Shown: positions 1-11,053, numbered from the stretch's first letter. The stretch: 64,000 nucleotides of DNA from Sulfolobales archaeon HS-7 (GCA_019704295.1 AP024596.1:672001-736000); one strand, 5' to 3'. Made by a program: numbers and translations. Notes: a model not told the origin generated them from the letters alone.

Positions 1-1720
1 GCCCGAACTGGCTTGTACCAAACGTCTTAGTCAGATTCACTGATCCAGAATAGTAGGGCAAGTACGTATACGGTGAGACGAGGAGATATTCAAAGTACGG
101 GGTAGAATTAAAGGTAACCGCATATCCGTTCTTCACTTGAGAGTATTGAGCTACCAATTTGAAGGACACGTTAGTTTGACCCTCTATTAACGGGAACTCC
201 GGAGTCATGTTAAGCTGCACGAAAGTCTCAACTGGGGTCATCTCATTTATCATTACACTAACATTGGAGAAGTAAAGATAGGAACTTAGGAAGGTGTAAT
301 TAACCGTTGCGTATATCGAGTTCTCAGCAGTTTCCGTTATCGAACCAGAAGTCGAGAACGTTATGTTAAGTGTAGTTTTCGGCGTTACGTTTATCTGCAT
401 CTCGTAGGCATCTGCACCTAATGATATCTGAGAGGAACCGTTCTCCTGTGCCGTTCCAGTTACCTTCGAAATAGTTGTTAATACTGTGCCGTTCGTCAGC
501 GGGCTAGTAGGAGATAGAGAATAAGTCCATTTATCTCCGTGGAGGTTATACTTGGATGCGGGAACGAGAGAGTAACTCTCGGCGGTGGTATAGGAAAGGT
601 AATACACATTTGTATTATACTGCACTATTACCGTGCCGTTACTGAGAACAACTACCACACTGGTGTTTCCGTTGGATACACCATTAAGATAAGAGGATGT
701 TAGGTATTGTATATATGGGAAAGTTGTGATCGGACTAGGCGGAACGATCGGATTAGTCGTATTGAAATGATCGGCTACAATAAGCATAACGTTACTGTAG
801 GTATTTCCATTAGCTAATTTTATGCTGCCTACACTTGGGAAGTACTCATCCCAAAGCATTCCATTGACTACTTGAGCGACTACGAAGGAGTTTACTGTGA
901 AGCTTTCCTGCCTTGGTATTGTTGAACCGTATATTAATGTAAACCTGAAAGGTCCGTGATCGGTATTAACAGTATCCAAAACGAAAACGCTTACGTTCTG
1001 TCTCCCAACCGCTAGATTAGGTGAAGTCCCAACATTGGGAAATGAGGGATTAAGGATCTGAGTTATCGTTAAGGATATCGGAGGTATAGTTAGTGTTAAT
1101 GTTCCGGTCTGCGTCGCTCCAACAATGTAACTATATATCATAGTAGATACTGTCACAGTTGTTTGACCTGGCTGCGGATTAACGGATTCAACGTAAAATG
1201 GATTGAAATCGTATATAGGCGATGATGAAGTTAGCGGTACTGTGCTTCCCGAGGAGTTTCCGTAATACGTACCTTGCGGTAATATACCCTCACTTATAAG
1301 AGTGCCTAGTGCATTTACTACCATAGGTGGTGTACCACTACTATCAGCGGCAAGTATTAGAACAACATATGCTTGACCAGTGGTTTCCACTACTAGGTAT
1401 TCTTCAGGATACTCCGAACCTAAGTTAAAGGAGTATTTAGCACCGGCTATGTAAAGTGTTATCGTAGTGTTGTCAACTACCCCTCCCATCAGTTGTGCAT
1501 AGGATGAAGAGGAATAGTGAGTGTATTCTCCTGTAACGTTGAAAAGAAGCACGTCGTATCCTTGATAGGGCAAAATTGTCGTGGGATAAGGAAACGTGGT
1601 TAGCACAGCGTCAGAAGGCACTGCAGCGCTTGCTGTCGCAGAACTCACTAAAAACGGAAATATAGTTAGAGCTCCTAAAATAGTTAAGATAACTAGGGTT
1701 AAACCCTTTACGGTATTCAT
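1..1720 (-). CDS. slaA: Large secreted surface glycoprotein, probably S-layer protein SlaA (N-terminal part; runs off the window edge)
   Basis: Absent from ORF track because it has no stop in the window. ATG at 1720 gives MNTVKGLTLVILTILGALTIFPFLVSSATASAA (signal peptide); the same frame is still open at the window edge (…YYSGSVNLTKTFGTSQFG). Rich in S/T/N/V/Y with many N-x-S/T sequons. SlaA identity is inferred from composition and position near glmS/nucleotidyltransferase. Confidence 0.7.
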   Translation of the reverse strand, partial: MNTVKGLTLVILTILGALTIFPFLVSSATASAAVPSDAVLTTFPYPTTILPYQGYDVLLFNVTGEYTHYSSSSYAQLMGGVVDNTTITLYIAGAKYSFNLGSEYPEEYLVVETTGQAYVVLILAADSSGTPPMVVNALGTLISEGILPQGTYYGNSSGSTVPLTSSSPIYDFNPFYVESVNPQPGQTTVTVSTMIYSYIVGATQTGTLTLTIPPISLTITQILNPSFPNVGTSPNLAVGRQNVSVFVLDTVNTDHGPFRFTLIYGSTIPRQESFTVNSFVVAQVVNGMLWDEYFPSVGSIKLANGNTYSNVMLIVADHFNTTNPIVPPSPITTFPYIQYLTSSYLNGVSNGNTSVVVVLSNGTVIVQYNTNVYYLSYTTAESYSLVPASKYNLHGDKWTYSLSPTSPLTNGTVLTTISKVTGTAQENGSSQISLGADAYEMQINVTPKTTLNITFSTSGSITETAENSIYATVNYTFLSSYLYFSNVSVMINEMTPVETFVQLNMTPEFPLIEGQTNVSFKLVAQYSQVKNGYAVTFNSTPYFEYLLVSPYTYLPYYSGSVNLTKTFGTSQFG

Positions 1721-2124
1721 GTTACTTCTAATTGTCTCCATATTGCGATGAGATAAAAAGCACTCTGTCTACAACTGTATACAAAAGAGCTCCCTGCTTA
1801 TGCTTTACTCAAAGTCTAGAAACCCTTAGTGATGTGGATTTGTCAAGGTGTTAATTTCACCTCTCCAAAAAATTTCACGTAACCGTACTTTCTTGAAGTT
1901 CTGAATACTCTATAATATTTGTCGGGGAGGAATTGAAGTTTTTCAATTACAACGAACCTATTCTAACATCCGTTAATTCTAGTCACGTAAAACCCGGCCC
2001 CAAGCACTTTCCTAGGTTTAAGAAGCGGATATCACTATTATTATTATTTATGAAATATCAATACTGTAATTTTTTAAAATTTTATTGAAAATATTTCGAA
2101 ATCCAAAAGAGGAAAGTATTACCA

Positions 2125-2482
2125 GTGAACTGCCCTGCCATTACGGATAGAGCTTTCTAGCCGCCGGCTTGCCCAAAGGACTCCACAGCTACTAAGGGTA
2201 CCCTACATTGAACTTCCATTTTCAGAGCGTTCCTTACAGTACTGTTGATTGGAAATGTAATACATCAACCCTCGCTCATGATGACTCCGTCAGCGGCTGT
2301 TATTATACTTTTTAGAGCTAAGACCAAACTTCTCTTCTTCAAGAACATTCCTTGAACAGGATTTATGCTAAAGGAGATAAAAGAAGATCCGTTGATGTTT
2401 AGAGTACGAGGAGGTATATTAGTCCTGCAAGAACTCATTAAGGGGGCTATCCCAAAAAGCTTCCCCATAAGTACCCATCAAG
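2125..2482 (-). mobile_element. Diverged IS200/IS605-type non-autonomous element (MITE family A)
   Basis: Minus strand: TTCAT|CTTGATGGG…GGATAGCCCCCTT left end and …GGCAGGGCAGTTCAC right end; internal blocks shared with the 48877 and 35990 copies. Confidence 0.7.
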
Positions 2483-2516
2483 ATGAAACTCGGACAAACT
2501 TTCTGGTATTCAACAA

Positions 2517-4862
2517 TTAATGCAATTTGTTTAGAATAGTATGACTAATATTATATTTTCTTCCCATTATAAAAACGACATAGGCTAATATAGAAATAGA
2601 TGAAATGATCATACCGTAAAACTCGTATTCAGAACCGTTAAATACGAGGATGAAACAGTAGTTTCCTTCGGGATATTCCCCAACTTTAAAGGTAGGCACA
2701 AGTCCGGTACCGTTCTCCACGCTCACGTTAAACTCGGTATTCGCATAAACTCTCTCCCTAATCTGGTTAGGTACGAACTTAATAGAGCAGGAGATTAGGT
2801 TAGAGGTGTTAGCCACAACCAATTGGGACTCAGAGTAGTTACTAACGCTCACGGAGATAATTTCTATGCTCTGGTTGAAGTGCAGATAGAGCTTTACCTC
2901 AGACACGTTACCATTAAGGAAAATAGACGTTGTATTTCCTGATATATCGTTAAAGAACCCCGTCCCGTTACTGTAATACCAGAGGATGGTCATAACTGAC
3001 GCGGGAGATCTCCTCATAACTACCGAAAAGTTACCTACGATCACCTTACCGGAGAAGTTGAAGATCAGAAAGGAGTTCTGCGATGAGGGAGGAATCCAAG
3101 TTATTTGCTGATAAATTCCGTAGGCCTTAACTAAAGAGGCCTCTCCGTCCTGAACAGTTATGATAGGAATTAATGATGGATATGTGGGTTTAACAACGGG
3201 CTCTAGGATGAGAGGGTACCCCCGAAACGCGGGATTGGGTTGCAGGGAGTTATTCTCCACGAGGAATTTATCATAACTTGTAACGTTCTTCGTGAACGGT
3301 TGTGATAGGGCATACCCAAGGGAGGAGTTGAATGCGACCAGCAAAAGGGAGGAGTTAGTGAGCTTCTGATCAAGGGAGTAAATCTGATTAAGCGTTTCCT
3401 GATTAATGTACTCCCTCTGAGCAACGGCTGAGGCGGAAAACCCTACGGTAAAAATGGATAGGGCGATCATTCCCAATGCCATCACAGTCCTAGAATTGAC
3501 GCGGAGGAACGCGAGGAAGGAGAGCAACTCCTCCAGGAAGAGAGAGGGAATACCAATTATAGACAGGAAGAGCCCCACTACTAGCGTCTCGATAATTTCC
3601 ATCCACCCCTTCTGCCTGAAGTAGTAGGCGGAAAAGGCGATTCCTAATAGCGCGACCACAGGAAATACAACGGAGGAGGGAGTGAGGAAAATCCCTTCCA
3701 ACGCGATCGTGGGCAAAAGCCAGAAGGCGTTAACGCCCAAGGTGATCAGAACGTAAGGTAATTTCCTTAACGTTAGGTAAGAGTAAACGTAGGTCGTCAC
3801 TAATGCTGAAACGAATATCGGCGGACTTGAGGCCATCACGACTGAGGAGAAAACTGCCGGTAAGACGTCCCATTTCTTCCCTGAAATTACGCTGGAGAAG
3901 AAGAGGGGAGCTAAGGCGTAGGCTAGCGTTGAGGTTCCGAAGTGTATTACGGGATCTAAGAAGGACAGCTGGTAAAGTACAGAACCTAGAAAGGCTAACT
4001 TGAAGTTAATACCCATTAGTTTCAGGGAGGCAAAAGTGCTAATTCCAGCTAAGTATACGGCCAACGCCAGGTAAACCTCTCCTCGTAGAAGTCCCGAGAA
4101 CGGAAGTAAATGGGAAATAACCCACGGAAAGATCTGGTTTAAAGTTACGTAAGTTCCCTTCCCTGGAATCCAGAGGGAGAGTATGTTAGAGAACTTGTAG
4201 TAAAAGGAGAGAGAGTTCCAGTAATAATAAGGTTCTCCCAGCGGATAACCCCGCATAATCGCTAGGTAAGACAGGGGCAGGGATCCTACAATCCCCAGAA
4301 ACCACTGTTTTTTTAATCTGGAGGGAATGGAAACGTCCTGTACTGCGATCGAAATAACTCCCGTCAAGAGATAGTAAAAAACTGCATCTCCGGCTAGGGT
4401 GGAAAGGGATTGGCTTATCGAGTACTCGTAGCCTGCAAACAGAAGAAACGCTATTCCAGATATAATGAGGCCCCTTCTGTCCAAGTTTAGGGAGAAGAGA
4501 AGAACGGCTATTGCTACCGTCGTAAGGAATATCTCTGCCTGTGAAAACAATCCGGAAAGGGTTACAAAACCTGGTACCAGTGATATGAGAAATGATGGGA
4601 TTATCTCGTTGTTTACGAATGATACCCCAACGAGTAGCACCGTAAAGATCAGGTAAGACTCGCGAAGTTCGATTGTCTGTAGAGCAATCAGAAAAAGCAA
4701 GAAGGCTCCGTTAACGTACTGTAACTTAAGCTTTGAGGAAATCCCCGTTAATAGGGAGAACACCGCTAAGTAGGGGAGGAGAGGTAGGTAATGATAGGAT
4801 AATGCCATAGTTACAAAGATAGATAAGGAGGCCGCTAGATCACTATCCTTCATATTGGACAT
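2517..4862 (-). CDS. Polytopic membrane protein with a large glycosylated extracellular C-terminal domain (possibly GT-C-like)
   Basis: 781 aa, many hydrophobic segments, N-x-S/T-rich soluble domain near the C-terminus, final TM helix. Confidence 0.75.
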   Translation of the reverse strand: MSNMKDSDLAASLSIFVTMALSYHYLPLLPYLAVFSLLTGISSKLKLQYVNGAFLLFLIALQTIELRESYLIFTVLLVGVSFVNNEIIPSFLISLVPGFVTLSGLFSQAEIFLTTVAIAVLLFSLNLDRRGLIISGIAFLLFAGYEYSISQSLSTLAGDAVFYYLLTGVISIAVQDVSIPSRLKKQWFLGIVGSLPLSYLAIMRGYPLGEPYYYWNSLSFYYKFSNILSLWIPGKGTYVTLNQIFPWVISHLLPFSGLLRGEVYLALAVYLAGISTFASLKLMGINFKLAFLGSVLYQLSFLDPVIHFGTSTLAYALAPLFFSSVISGKKWDVLPAVFSSVVMASSPPIFVSALVTTYVYSYLTLRKLPYVLITLGVNAFWLLPTIALEGIFLTPSSVVFPVVALLGIAFSAYYFRQKGWMEIIETLVVGLFLSIIGIPSLFLEELLSFLAFLRVNSRTVMALGMIALSIFTVGFSASAVAQREYINQETLNQIYSLDQKLTNSSLLLVAFNSSLGYALSQPFTKNVTSYDKFLVENNSLQPNPAFRGYPLILEPVVKPTYPSLIPIITVQDGEASLVKAYGIYQQITWIPPSSQNSFLIFNFSGKVIVGNFSVVMRRSPASVMTILWYYSNGTGFFNDISGNTTSIFLNGNVSEVKLYLHFNQSIEIISVSVSNYSESQLVVANTSNLISCSIKFVPNQIRERVYANTEFNVSVENGTGLVPTFKVGEYPEGNYCFILVFNGSEYEFYGMIISSISILAYVVFIMGRKYNISHTILNKLH

Positions 4863-4897
4863 CAGGAGAATTTGAAAAAATTAAAATCTTATCTTAA

Positions 4898-6397
4898 CTA
4901 CCTGCGGGCTACAAGCACTACCACTACCGCCACGACCAGTATAACGACTACGGCTATAATTATGTATAGTGTCACGTTAGTTGGGGGAGTTGTTGTGGTG
5001 GGGGTAGTTACTGGTGGAGTCGTCGACGAGTGAGTTACAGGCGGAACAGTTGTAGTTGAAGAGGTAGTAGATGTCGTAGTTACTGGGGGAGTCGTCGTGG
5101 TCGTAGTACTGGTGGTTGTGGTGGTCGTATTAGTTACTGGGGGAGTCGTCGTGGTCGTAGTACTGGTGGTTGTGGTGGTCGATGTTGTTGTGGCAGTAGT
5201 GGTCGTTGTGGTAGTAGTACTTGTGGTTGTAGTAGTCGACGTAGTACTTGTTGTAGTCGTTATGGTAGTGCTAGTTGTAGTTACTGTTGGTAACACTCCT
5301 GTAGACACCGTACCCGTAGGAGTGGTTATACTCACTGAATAGTTGGTTAGTGACCCTACCTCAGACTCAGGTATCACCACCTGCTCGGAAGAGGGCGTCA
5401 TAGCCCAAGGTAAACCGTTACTCGTACCGTAGTAATATGACTGTAGACCCTGCTGAATTTGACTCACGTTGGTCAATTCGCAGGAGTACTTACCGGAAGA
5501 GCCGTAGAGAGTTACTGTGTAGGAGTTTTCAGGAGAAAATGGATACTGTATCGTTACTAAGTAGTAATTACCTATCTCGCTGATCGTTCCTGAGATCCCG
5601 TTTTCGGAAAATGTGTACTTAGGGGTTACAGTGTTCATTCCAGTAAGTTTATATCCATTAACGCTGTGGGTGAAGTTGAAGAAAACTACAGCGTAATTCT
5701 CATCTGAGAGTATAGTCGTATCATGGCCTGACACAGCTACGGTTTTATACATCTCCCCTTCTATTAGAACGTAGTATATCCCAGTAGGTACATTACTTGG
5801 TATGTAAACGTCAGCAAGAAAAGAGTATCCCTGACCACTTATCAGCGGAAAGATGAACGGTTTTCCCTGTACCCCGATCCAAGGTGAACTTGGGGGTATG
5901 TTCGAGTAAACCGGTTCCTCACCACTCCCGAATATACCCTGCGAGTAAAATGTAACGTTAAAAACGGAGTAGCCTGCATTGACGTTGAAAATCCTATAGG
6001 GTTCGACCGAACCGTTTATAATTATGGTGGGGGATGAGTAGTTTTGAGCTGCGACCTGGGTAATGTTAATGTAGGCCGATATTCCGTTTAAAGTAACGTT
6101 ATTTAATCCTACTGGCAATGTGAGAGTGACGGGTTCTACTGAATACGAACTAACGCTTACTGATGTGGACTTTCCATTTACGTAAAGTTGACCGCTAGTC
6201 GTATATGGATTTTCATTCACGACGTATACGTTAACCGTTGCCGTGCTAGAGTCGGTATAAACGTGAATGTCTCCCGGGGGAACAAGTACTAGTCCTGCGG
6301 AATTGTTGGGGTTGTTTTGAGCCAGAGGAAGAAAAGAGAGTCCTAGTATGCCCAATATTACAATTAATATGGATAATACCCTTTTCATGATGTTCAA
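4898..6397 (-). CDS. Membrane-anchored cell-surface glycoprotein with Thr/Pro-rich stalk
   Basis: Signal peptide, beta-rich domain, ~100-aa poly-Thr/Pro linker, C-terminal TM (LYIIIAVVVILVVAVVVVLVA) followed by RR. Confidence 0.85.
   Translation of the reverse strand: MNIMKRVLSILIVILGILGLSFLPLAQNNPNNSAGLVLVPPGDIHVYTDSSTATVNVYVVNENPYTTSGQLYVNGKSTSVSVSSYSVEPVTLTLPVGLNNVTLNGISAYINITQVAAQNYSSPTIIINGSVEPYRIFNVNAGYSVFNVTFYSQGIFGSGEEPVYSNIPPSSPWIGVQGKPFIFPLISGQGYSFLADVYIPSNVPTGIYYVLIEGEMYKTVAVSGHDTTILSDENYAVVFFNFTHSVNGYKLTGMNTVTPKYTFSENGISGTISEIGNYYLVTIQYPFSPENSYTVTLYGSSGKYSCELTNVSQIQQGLQSYYYGTSNGLPWAMTPSSEQVVIPESEVGSLTNYSVSITTPTGTVSTGVLPTVTTTSTTITTTTSTTSTTTTTSTTTTTTTTATTTSTTTTTSTTTTTTPPVTNTTTTTTSTTTTTTPPVTTTSTTSSTTTVPPVTHSSTTPPVTTPTTTTPPTNVTLYIIIAVVVILVVAVVVVLVARR
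5077..5181. repeat. 51-bp exact direct repeat (54-bp period) inside the Thr-rich stalk
   Basis: TAGTTACTGGGGGAGTCGTCGTGGTCGTAGTACTGGTGGTTGTGGTGGTCG at 5077-5127 and 5131-5181. Confidence 0.9.
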
Positions 6398-6460
6398 TCA
6401 CTTCTCTTAGAAAGAGTTAAAAATCCTTCTGCTTAGAATATTATAACATTTCGGTTAAAT

Positions 6461-7534
6461 TTATGATTCTCTTTCTGAAATTATGGAGTTAGGAGGGAGT
6501 ACTTTTCCGTGCTCCACTCTAGCCAAGGGAGCAATAAGTGCCCCTAACTTATTTTCCTCCCCTCTTATCAACGTAGCCGGGTAGCTCGCTGTCACTACTG
6601 ACGCGCCTATTCGGGCCTTCTTCCCTATTATGGAGTGATTTATGTAAGATTTAGAACCTATTTCTACCCCCTCCTGAATTGACGAATTGGAGATCTCAAC
6701 ATAAGCACCTATAGATGAGTTCCTCTCGACGCATGAGAAGTTCCTTACAAGCGAGAAGTTTCCAACGTAAGAGTTTTTCCCGATATACGCTGGTCCTCTG
6801 ATCACCGCATACTCATCAATTACAGCCCCATCGTCAATAAATACCCCTTTATCTATGATCGCTGTACTTGCTACCTTAGCCCTCCTACTTATCGTAGTTT
6901 TGGCATCACTTAATAGTCCTCTTATTGACCTTAGCAAATCCTCAGGATAACCTATATCGAACCAAAGCCCGCTCCATACGAAGTAATTACCTACAGCTCT
7001 CCTTAGATACAGGGAAAAGTCGTCGAACTTCTCCTTTCTCAGGATATACGCTCCTCCTAACGCCAACGTTGATTCCCTCTCAGTTAGTCCCACGAATTTA
7101 CCTCCCTCTACCTTAGCCAATCCATAAGTGTTCAATCCCCTACTTACTGGAACTAAGGCAAACGTTGGCTCTCCTCCTTGGTGGGCATTAAGGAGGGAAG
7201 TGTAGAATGAGTTCTCGGCTATTATGTCGCCAAATACCAGAATATACTCGTCATCAACGTAATCCAGACCCGTATTAATCGCACCGGTTATGCCTCCTTG
7301 TCTCTGCCTTACGAACTCGAAGTCGGCCTCAACATTCGATTCCCTGATCGCATTAATAATGTCGTCCCTTTCGTTAATAACTACGATAAATTCCCTTATC
7401 CCAGCGTCATATAAGCCGGAGACGCTGTACATTACTATGGGTTTTCCGCATACCTCTACTGCCTCCTTCTGCACGCCTTGGGTTACGGGATATAACCCCT
7501 CCCCCTTCCCTCCCGCTAAAACTACGGCCTTCAT
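6461..7534 (-). CDS. Sugar-phosphate nucleotidyltransferase with hexapeptide-repeat domain (GlmU-like)
   Basis: AVVLAGGKG N-terminal motif, WFDIG, C-terminal left-handed beta-helix repeats; coupled to glmS. Confidence 0.85.
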   Translation of the reverse strand: MKAVVLAGGKGEGLYPVTQGVQKEAVEVCGKPIVMYSVSGLYDAGIREFIVVINERDDIINAIRESNVEADFEFVRQRQGGITGAINTGLDYVDDEYILVFGDIIAENSFYTSLLNAHQGGEPTFALVPVSRGLNTYGLAKVEGGKFVGLTERESTLALGGAYILRKEKFDDFSLYLRRAVGNYFVWSGLWFDIGYPEDLLRSIRGLLSDAKTTISRRAKVASTAIIDKGVFIDDGAVIDEYAVIRGPAYIGKNSYVGNFSLVRNFSCVERNSSIGAYVEISNSSIQEGVEIGSKSYINHSIIGKKARIGASVVTASYPATLIRGEENKLGALIAPLARVEHGKVLPPNSIISERES

Positions 7535-9294
7535 TCAACTGTCACCGTTTTTGCTAGGTTCCTAGGTCTGTCGGGATTGTATTTCCTCTCAACAGCCGTA
7601 TAATAAGCCAATAACTGAATTAGGGGGGAAATCGCAAAGGGTCCGTATCCCGGTTCCCCCAATACGTTTACTGATAGTCTTGACGATAATGACGAGTTGT
7701 ACCCTATAATTACGGGATCAGCACCCCTTGCCTCCATTTCCTTTACGTTCCCCTCAAGAATTATCGATTTCCTCTCCCCGTTGATTACCTCTCCATCGTC
7801 AATAAAAATTACTGGAAATCCCTTCTCGACTAACGCGATAGGTCCGTGCTTGCTTTCCCCCGCAGGGTAGGCCTCTGCATGAACGTAAGCTATTTCCTTT
7901 AATTTGAGCGCACCCTCCATTGCAAGGGGAACGCCCAGCCCTCTACCTAGGTAATAGCAGTTTTCTTTCAAGGATAAGAACTTCGCAATGTCCTTTACAT
8001 AACCTTCCATCTGAATAGACTTCTCCATGACTGCATGAACTCCTTCAAGCCTGTTAACGTCTCCGTATAACATCTCCTTTAGGAAGTAAAACAGTGCGAT
8101 TTCCGATGTAAAAGTTTTCGTAGCGGCTACGGAGATCTCCGGCCCTGCCCTCATATATAACCTGTATTCGGCTTCCCTTGATATCGTTGAACCCATTACG
8201 TTAGTAATGGAAACAGTAGTAGAACCCAACTCCTTGAAATGTCTCATGGCGAGGAGAGTATCCATTGTTTCACCGCTCTGGCTAACCGCTATCACTAAGT
8301 CAGCCTTAGGGTAGTTGTACCACTCTGAGGATATAACAGGGAGGGCTCTTTTTCCCTCCCTTTGTAAGAGAATGCTGAAAAGAAAGGACGCATGATAACT
8401 CGTTCCAGCTGAAATTAAAAAGACGTCCTTGGCGGACTCTATTAACCGAGTTACGTTCCTGACGTTTTCTATATCGGATCTAAGCCCTTCTATTGTCTCC
8501 TTAACCGATAAGGGAGATTCGTGAATTTCCTTTAACATAAAGTGGGGAAAACCCTCCTTTGAGGCGGACTCTGCATTCCAAGTAATCTGAATGGTCGCCT
8601 TAACGTAGTCCACTTCCCTTCCTCCATTCTCTATGTATATTCCTCCTGGAGAAACGTAACCTATATCCCCATTCTGAAGTATTATTACCCTTTTAGTATA
8701 CTGTAAGAATGCCGATATGTCACTCGCGATGAAGAACTTGTCCTCTCCTAGGCCAATCACCAGTGGACTGTCCTTGCGGGCGAAATATATTCTGTCCCCG
8801 ATAACTGCGAGAATAGAGTAAGTGCCTTGGAGAAGGTTTACAGCCTTCTTGAAGGCGTCAAATTCCCTCTCCCCCATTTTCATGAAGTGCTCTATCATGT
8901 GGGGTATTACCTCAGTATCCGTCTCGCTATTGAAATTATGTCCTAAAGATTGAAGCTGTTCTCTGAGTTCCTTAAAATTCCTTATAATTCCATTGTGCAC
9001 TACCGCAATTTTCCCGGCACAATCGAGGTGGGGATGAGCGTTGTAATCAGTAACCCCTCCATGTGTAGCCCACCTAGTGTGGCCAACTAATACGTTACCT
9101 TTAGTCGCATCGATATTGAATTTCCTTGATAGGTTCTCCACGCTTCCTACGGATTTTACGACTTTCATCCCCTCCTTTCCCATTACTACAACTCCGGCAC
9201 TATCATATCCCCTATACTCCAGTCTCGACAGGCAGGTCAGCAGGAGTGATGCCTTTTCGTCCCTCTTTGACACTATACCTATAATACCACACAT
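7531..9294 (-). CDS. glmS: Glutamine--fructose-6-phosphate aminotransferase
   Basis: MCGIIG, LEYRGYDSAG, GHTRWATHG, SQSGET, PRNLAKTVTVE. Confidence 0.97.
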   Translation of the reverse strand: MCGIIGIVSKRDEKASLLLTCLSRLEYRGYDSAGVVVMGKEGMKVVKSVGSVENLSRKFNIDATKGNVLVGHTRWATHGGVTDYNAHPHLDCAGKIAVVHNGIIRNFKELREQLQSLGHNFNSETDTEVIPHMIEHFMKMGEREFDAFKKAVNLLQGTYSILAVIGDRIYFARKDSPLVIGLGEDKFFIASDISAFLQYTKRVIILQNGDIGYVSPGGIYIENGGREVDYVKATIQITWNAESASKEGFPHFMLKEIHESPLSVKETIEGLRSDIENVRNVTRLIESAKDVFLISAGTSYHASFLFSILLQREGKRALPVISSEWYNYPKADLVIAVSQSGETMDTLLAMRHFKELGSTTVSITNVMGSTISREAEYRLYMRAGPEISVAATKTFTSEIALFYFLKEMLYGDVNRLEGVHAVMEKSIQMEGYVKDIAKFLSLKENCYYLGRGLGVPLAMEGALKLKEIAYVHAEAYPAGESKHGPIALVEKGFPVIFIDDGEVINGERKSIILEGNVKEMEARGADPVIIGYNSSLSSRLSVNVLGEPGYGPFAISPLIQLLAYYTAVERKYNPDRPRNLAKTVTVE

Positions 9295-9364
9295 TTGCTT
9301 AGATTGAAAATTATTAACTTAAGATTAAATCTCTTTTCGGATAACAACATTCAGTGAAGTTTCC

Positions 9365-9826
9365 TTGAGATGTTTAATTCAAATAACGGGGGAGAGCGGG
9401 AGCGGGAAGACATATGCCGCTGAGATTCTGACTAGAAAACTAAGGGAAATGGGGAAGAGCGTTATTTACGTTAAGGGTTCTCATCACGAGGCATCAACTC
9501 TTGATAAGGATACTTCAAGACTTCTTGAGGCCGGCGCGAAAGCTTCTATCTTCATGGGTAGAAACTTCGCTATATTTACGAAGAGTTTGCCCGACCCAGA
9601 GTTCATTAAATACCTTCCTGCAGACGTTATACTAATTGAGGGAATGACCTCCCTAAATCTAGGAAGGAGAATAAGGGCTAATGAATCTGAGGAGCTGTTG
9701 GAAGAACTTAAAGAGTGTAAGTATGAACCCAGTGTAATAGTAAATAACGACACAGACCCCCTAATTATGGGTGTTTTAGAGATGATTATGAGAGTTTACA
9801 AAGTATCTAACGTTTACTTAAAATGA
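9365..9826 (+). CDS. mobB: Molybdopterin-guanine dinucleotide biosynthesis protein B-like
   Basis: GESGSGKT P-loop, VKGSHH, KDTSRLLEAGA, DVILIEG. Confidence 0.75.
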   Translation: MRCLIQITGESGSGKTYAAEILTRKLREMGKSVIYVKGSHHEASTLDKDTSRLLEAGAKASIFMGRNFAIFTKSLPDPEFIKYLPADVILIEGMTSLNLGRRIRANESEELLEELKECKYEPSVIVNNDTDPLIMGVLEMIMRVYKVSNVYLK

Positions 9827-10859
9827 CTTCGACGTAATTGAGGATCTTTTCCCTGAATACCCTAGGGGAGAAGTTCGAAGACCTTAATGCAAGCTCCCTC
9901 CTCATAACTATGTTATTTTTAACCTGGTTGGCTATTTCGCATGCTTCCTTAATGCTATCATAGGATGTCTCAGGCACTACCTCGCTTGCACCACTCTCTT
10001 TAGGGACTATGGGAACGACCCCTGCTGCCATTGCCTCTACTACCGGAATTCCGAAGTGTTCACCGATAGTAGGGTGGAAGTATATATTGGCATTACGCAT
10101 GTAGCTCAGTATTTCCTCTTCCCTTAAATTGGGTAGAAGAGATACATTTACCCTCCTTCTCGTCACTATCTCCTGAAGGTGTCTGAAATAGTTAACGTCG
10201 TTAACATAACCTATTATAAACCCCTTTAATCCACATACATCCGCAAATTCCACTGCTCTTTCTAAATTTTTCCCCCTTTCAAACCTCCCTATGGTAAGAA
10301 AGTAGTTTTCAGAACTTTCATGATAGGCCTTTGAGAAGAAATCGACATTAACTGGAGGGTAAATCACTTCTGGTTCTACTTCATACACTTCCTTTATAGC
10401 CTTAGCAGAGTAACGTGAATTAGCGATAAAGTGGGCTCTCCTCGCTTCATCAGCTAGACGTCTCCTCATTAACTTAAAGGGAAGTAAATATAACGACCAT
10501 ATTCTAGAAGATGAGTATTTAGTTGGTACACTGGCAATTGCAGGAGCTGCACCGTAAATGATATGAGGGGCTAGATCAGAAAGTCTGATTGGGATTCCAG
10601 AAACGTTAAAGAAAACGTCGGGTCTGGTTTTCCTTGCGGAAATGCTCACTAAAAACCTCTGGTATTTATCAAGCCTCTCTAGATAGAATGGGAGGGAATA
10701 GGCTACAGGTGCACTGAGTTGCCTTCTAGGTTTAGAGAAAGAGGCTATTACCACTTTATAACCTGCGCTAGTAAAGGAGATTAAGGCTTCCTCGAACACC
10801 TTGTTTTCTCCACTAAGCTTCTCTGGAATCTTATGAATCACTAGCGTCAGGCTGGTCAA
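9807..10859 (-). CDS. GT4 (group 1) glycosyltransferase, Alg11-like
   Basis: IANSRYSA, VIYPPV, EHFGIPVVEAMAAG. Confidence 0.9.
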   Translation of the reverse strand: MTSLTLVIHKIPEKLSGENKVFEEALISFTSAGYKVVIASFSKPRRQLSAPVAYSLPFYLERLDKYQRFLVSISARKTRPDVFFNVSGIPIRLSDLAPHIIYGAAPAIASVPTKYSSSRIWSLYLLPFKLMRRRLADEARRAHFIANSRYSAKAIKEVYEVEPEVIYPPVNVDFFSKAYHESSENYFLTIGRFERGKNLERAVEFADVCGLKGFIIGYVNDVNYFRHLQEIVTRRRVNVSLLPNLREEEILSYMRNANIYFHPTIGEHFGIPVVEAMAAGVVPIVPKESGASEVVPETSYDSIKEACEIANQVKNNIVMRRELALRSSNFSPRVFREKILNYVEVILSKR

Positions 10860-11053
10860 TTACATCTCCTATACTTATTCAAGATATGGTTTTAACTTTA
10901 CGGGAATTCGATTTGCCTTTTAGTTAAGCACTTTTCTGAATTTCACGTAGCTTACGTTAACGGTGCCTTAAAAAATATTGGAATTGATACCTTTTCAATT
11001 ATCTAGTGGGAATCAGAGAGGAACCCTAAAACTCGGGGAAGTGCTATTTACGA

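Noticed and set aside
5097-5342. Poly-Val ORF
   Set aside because: Antisense shadow of the Thr-rich stalk.
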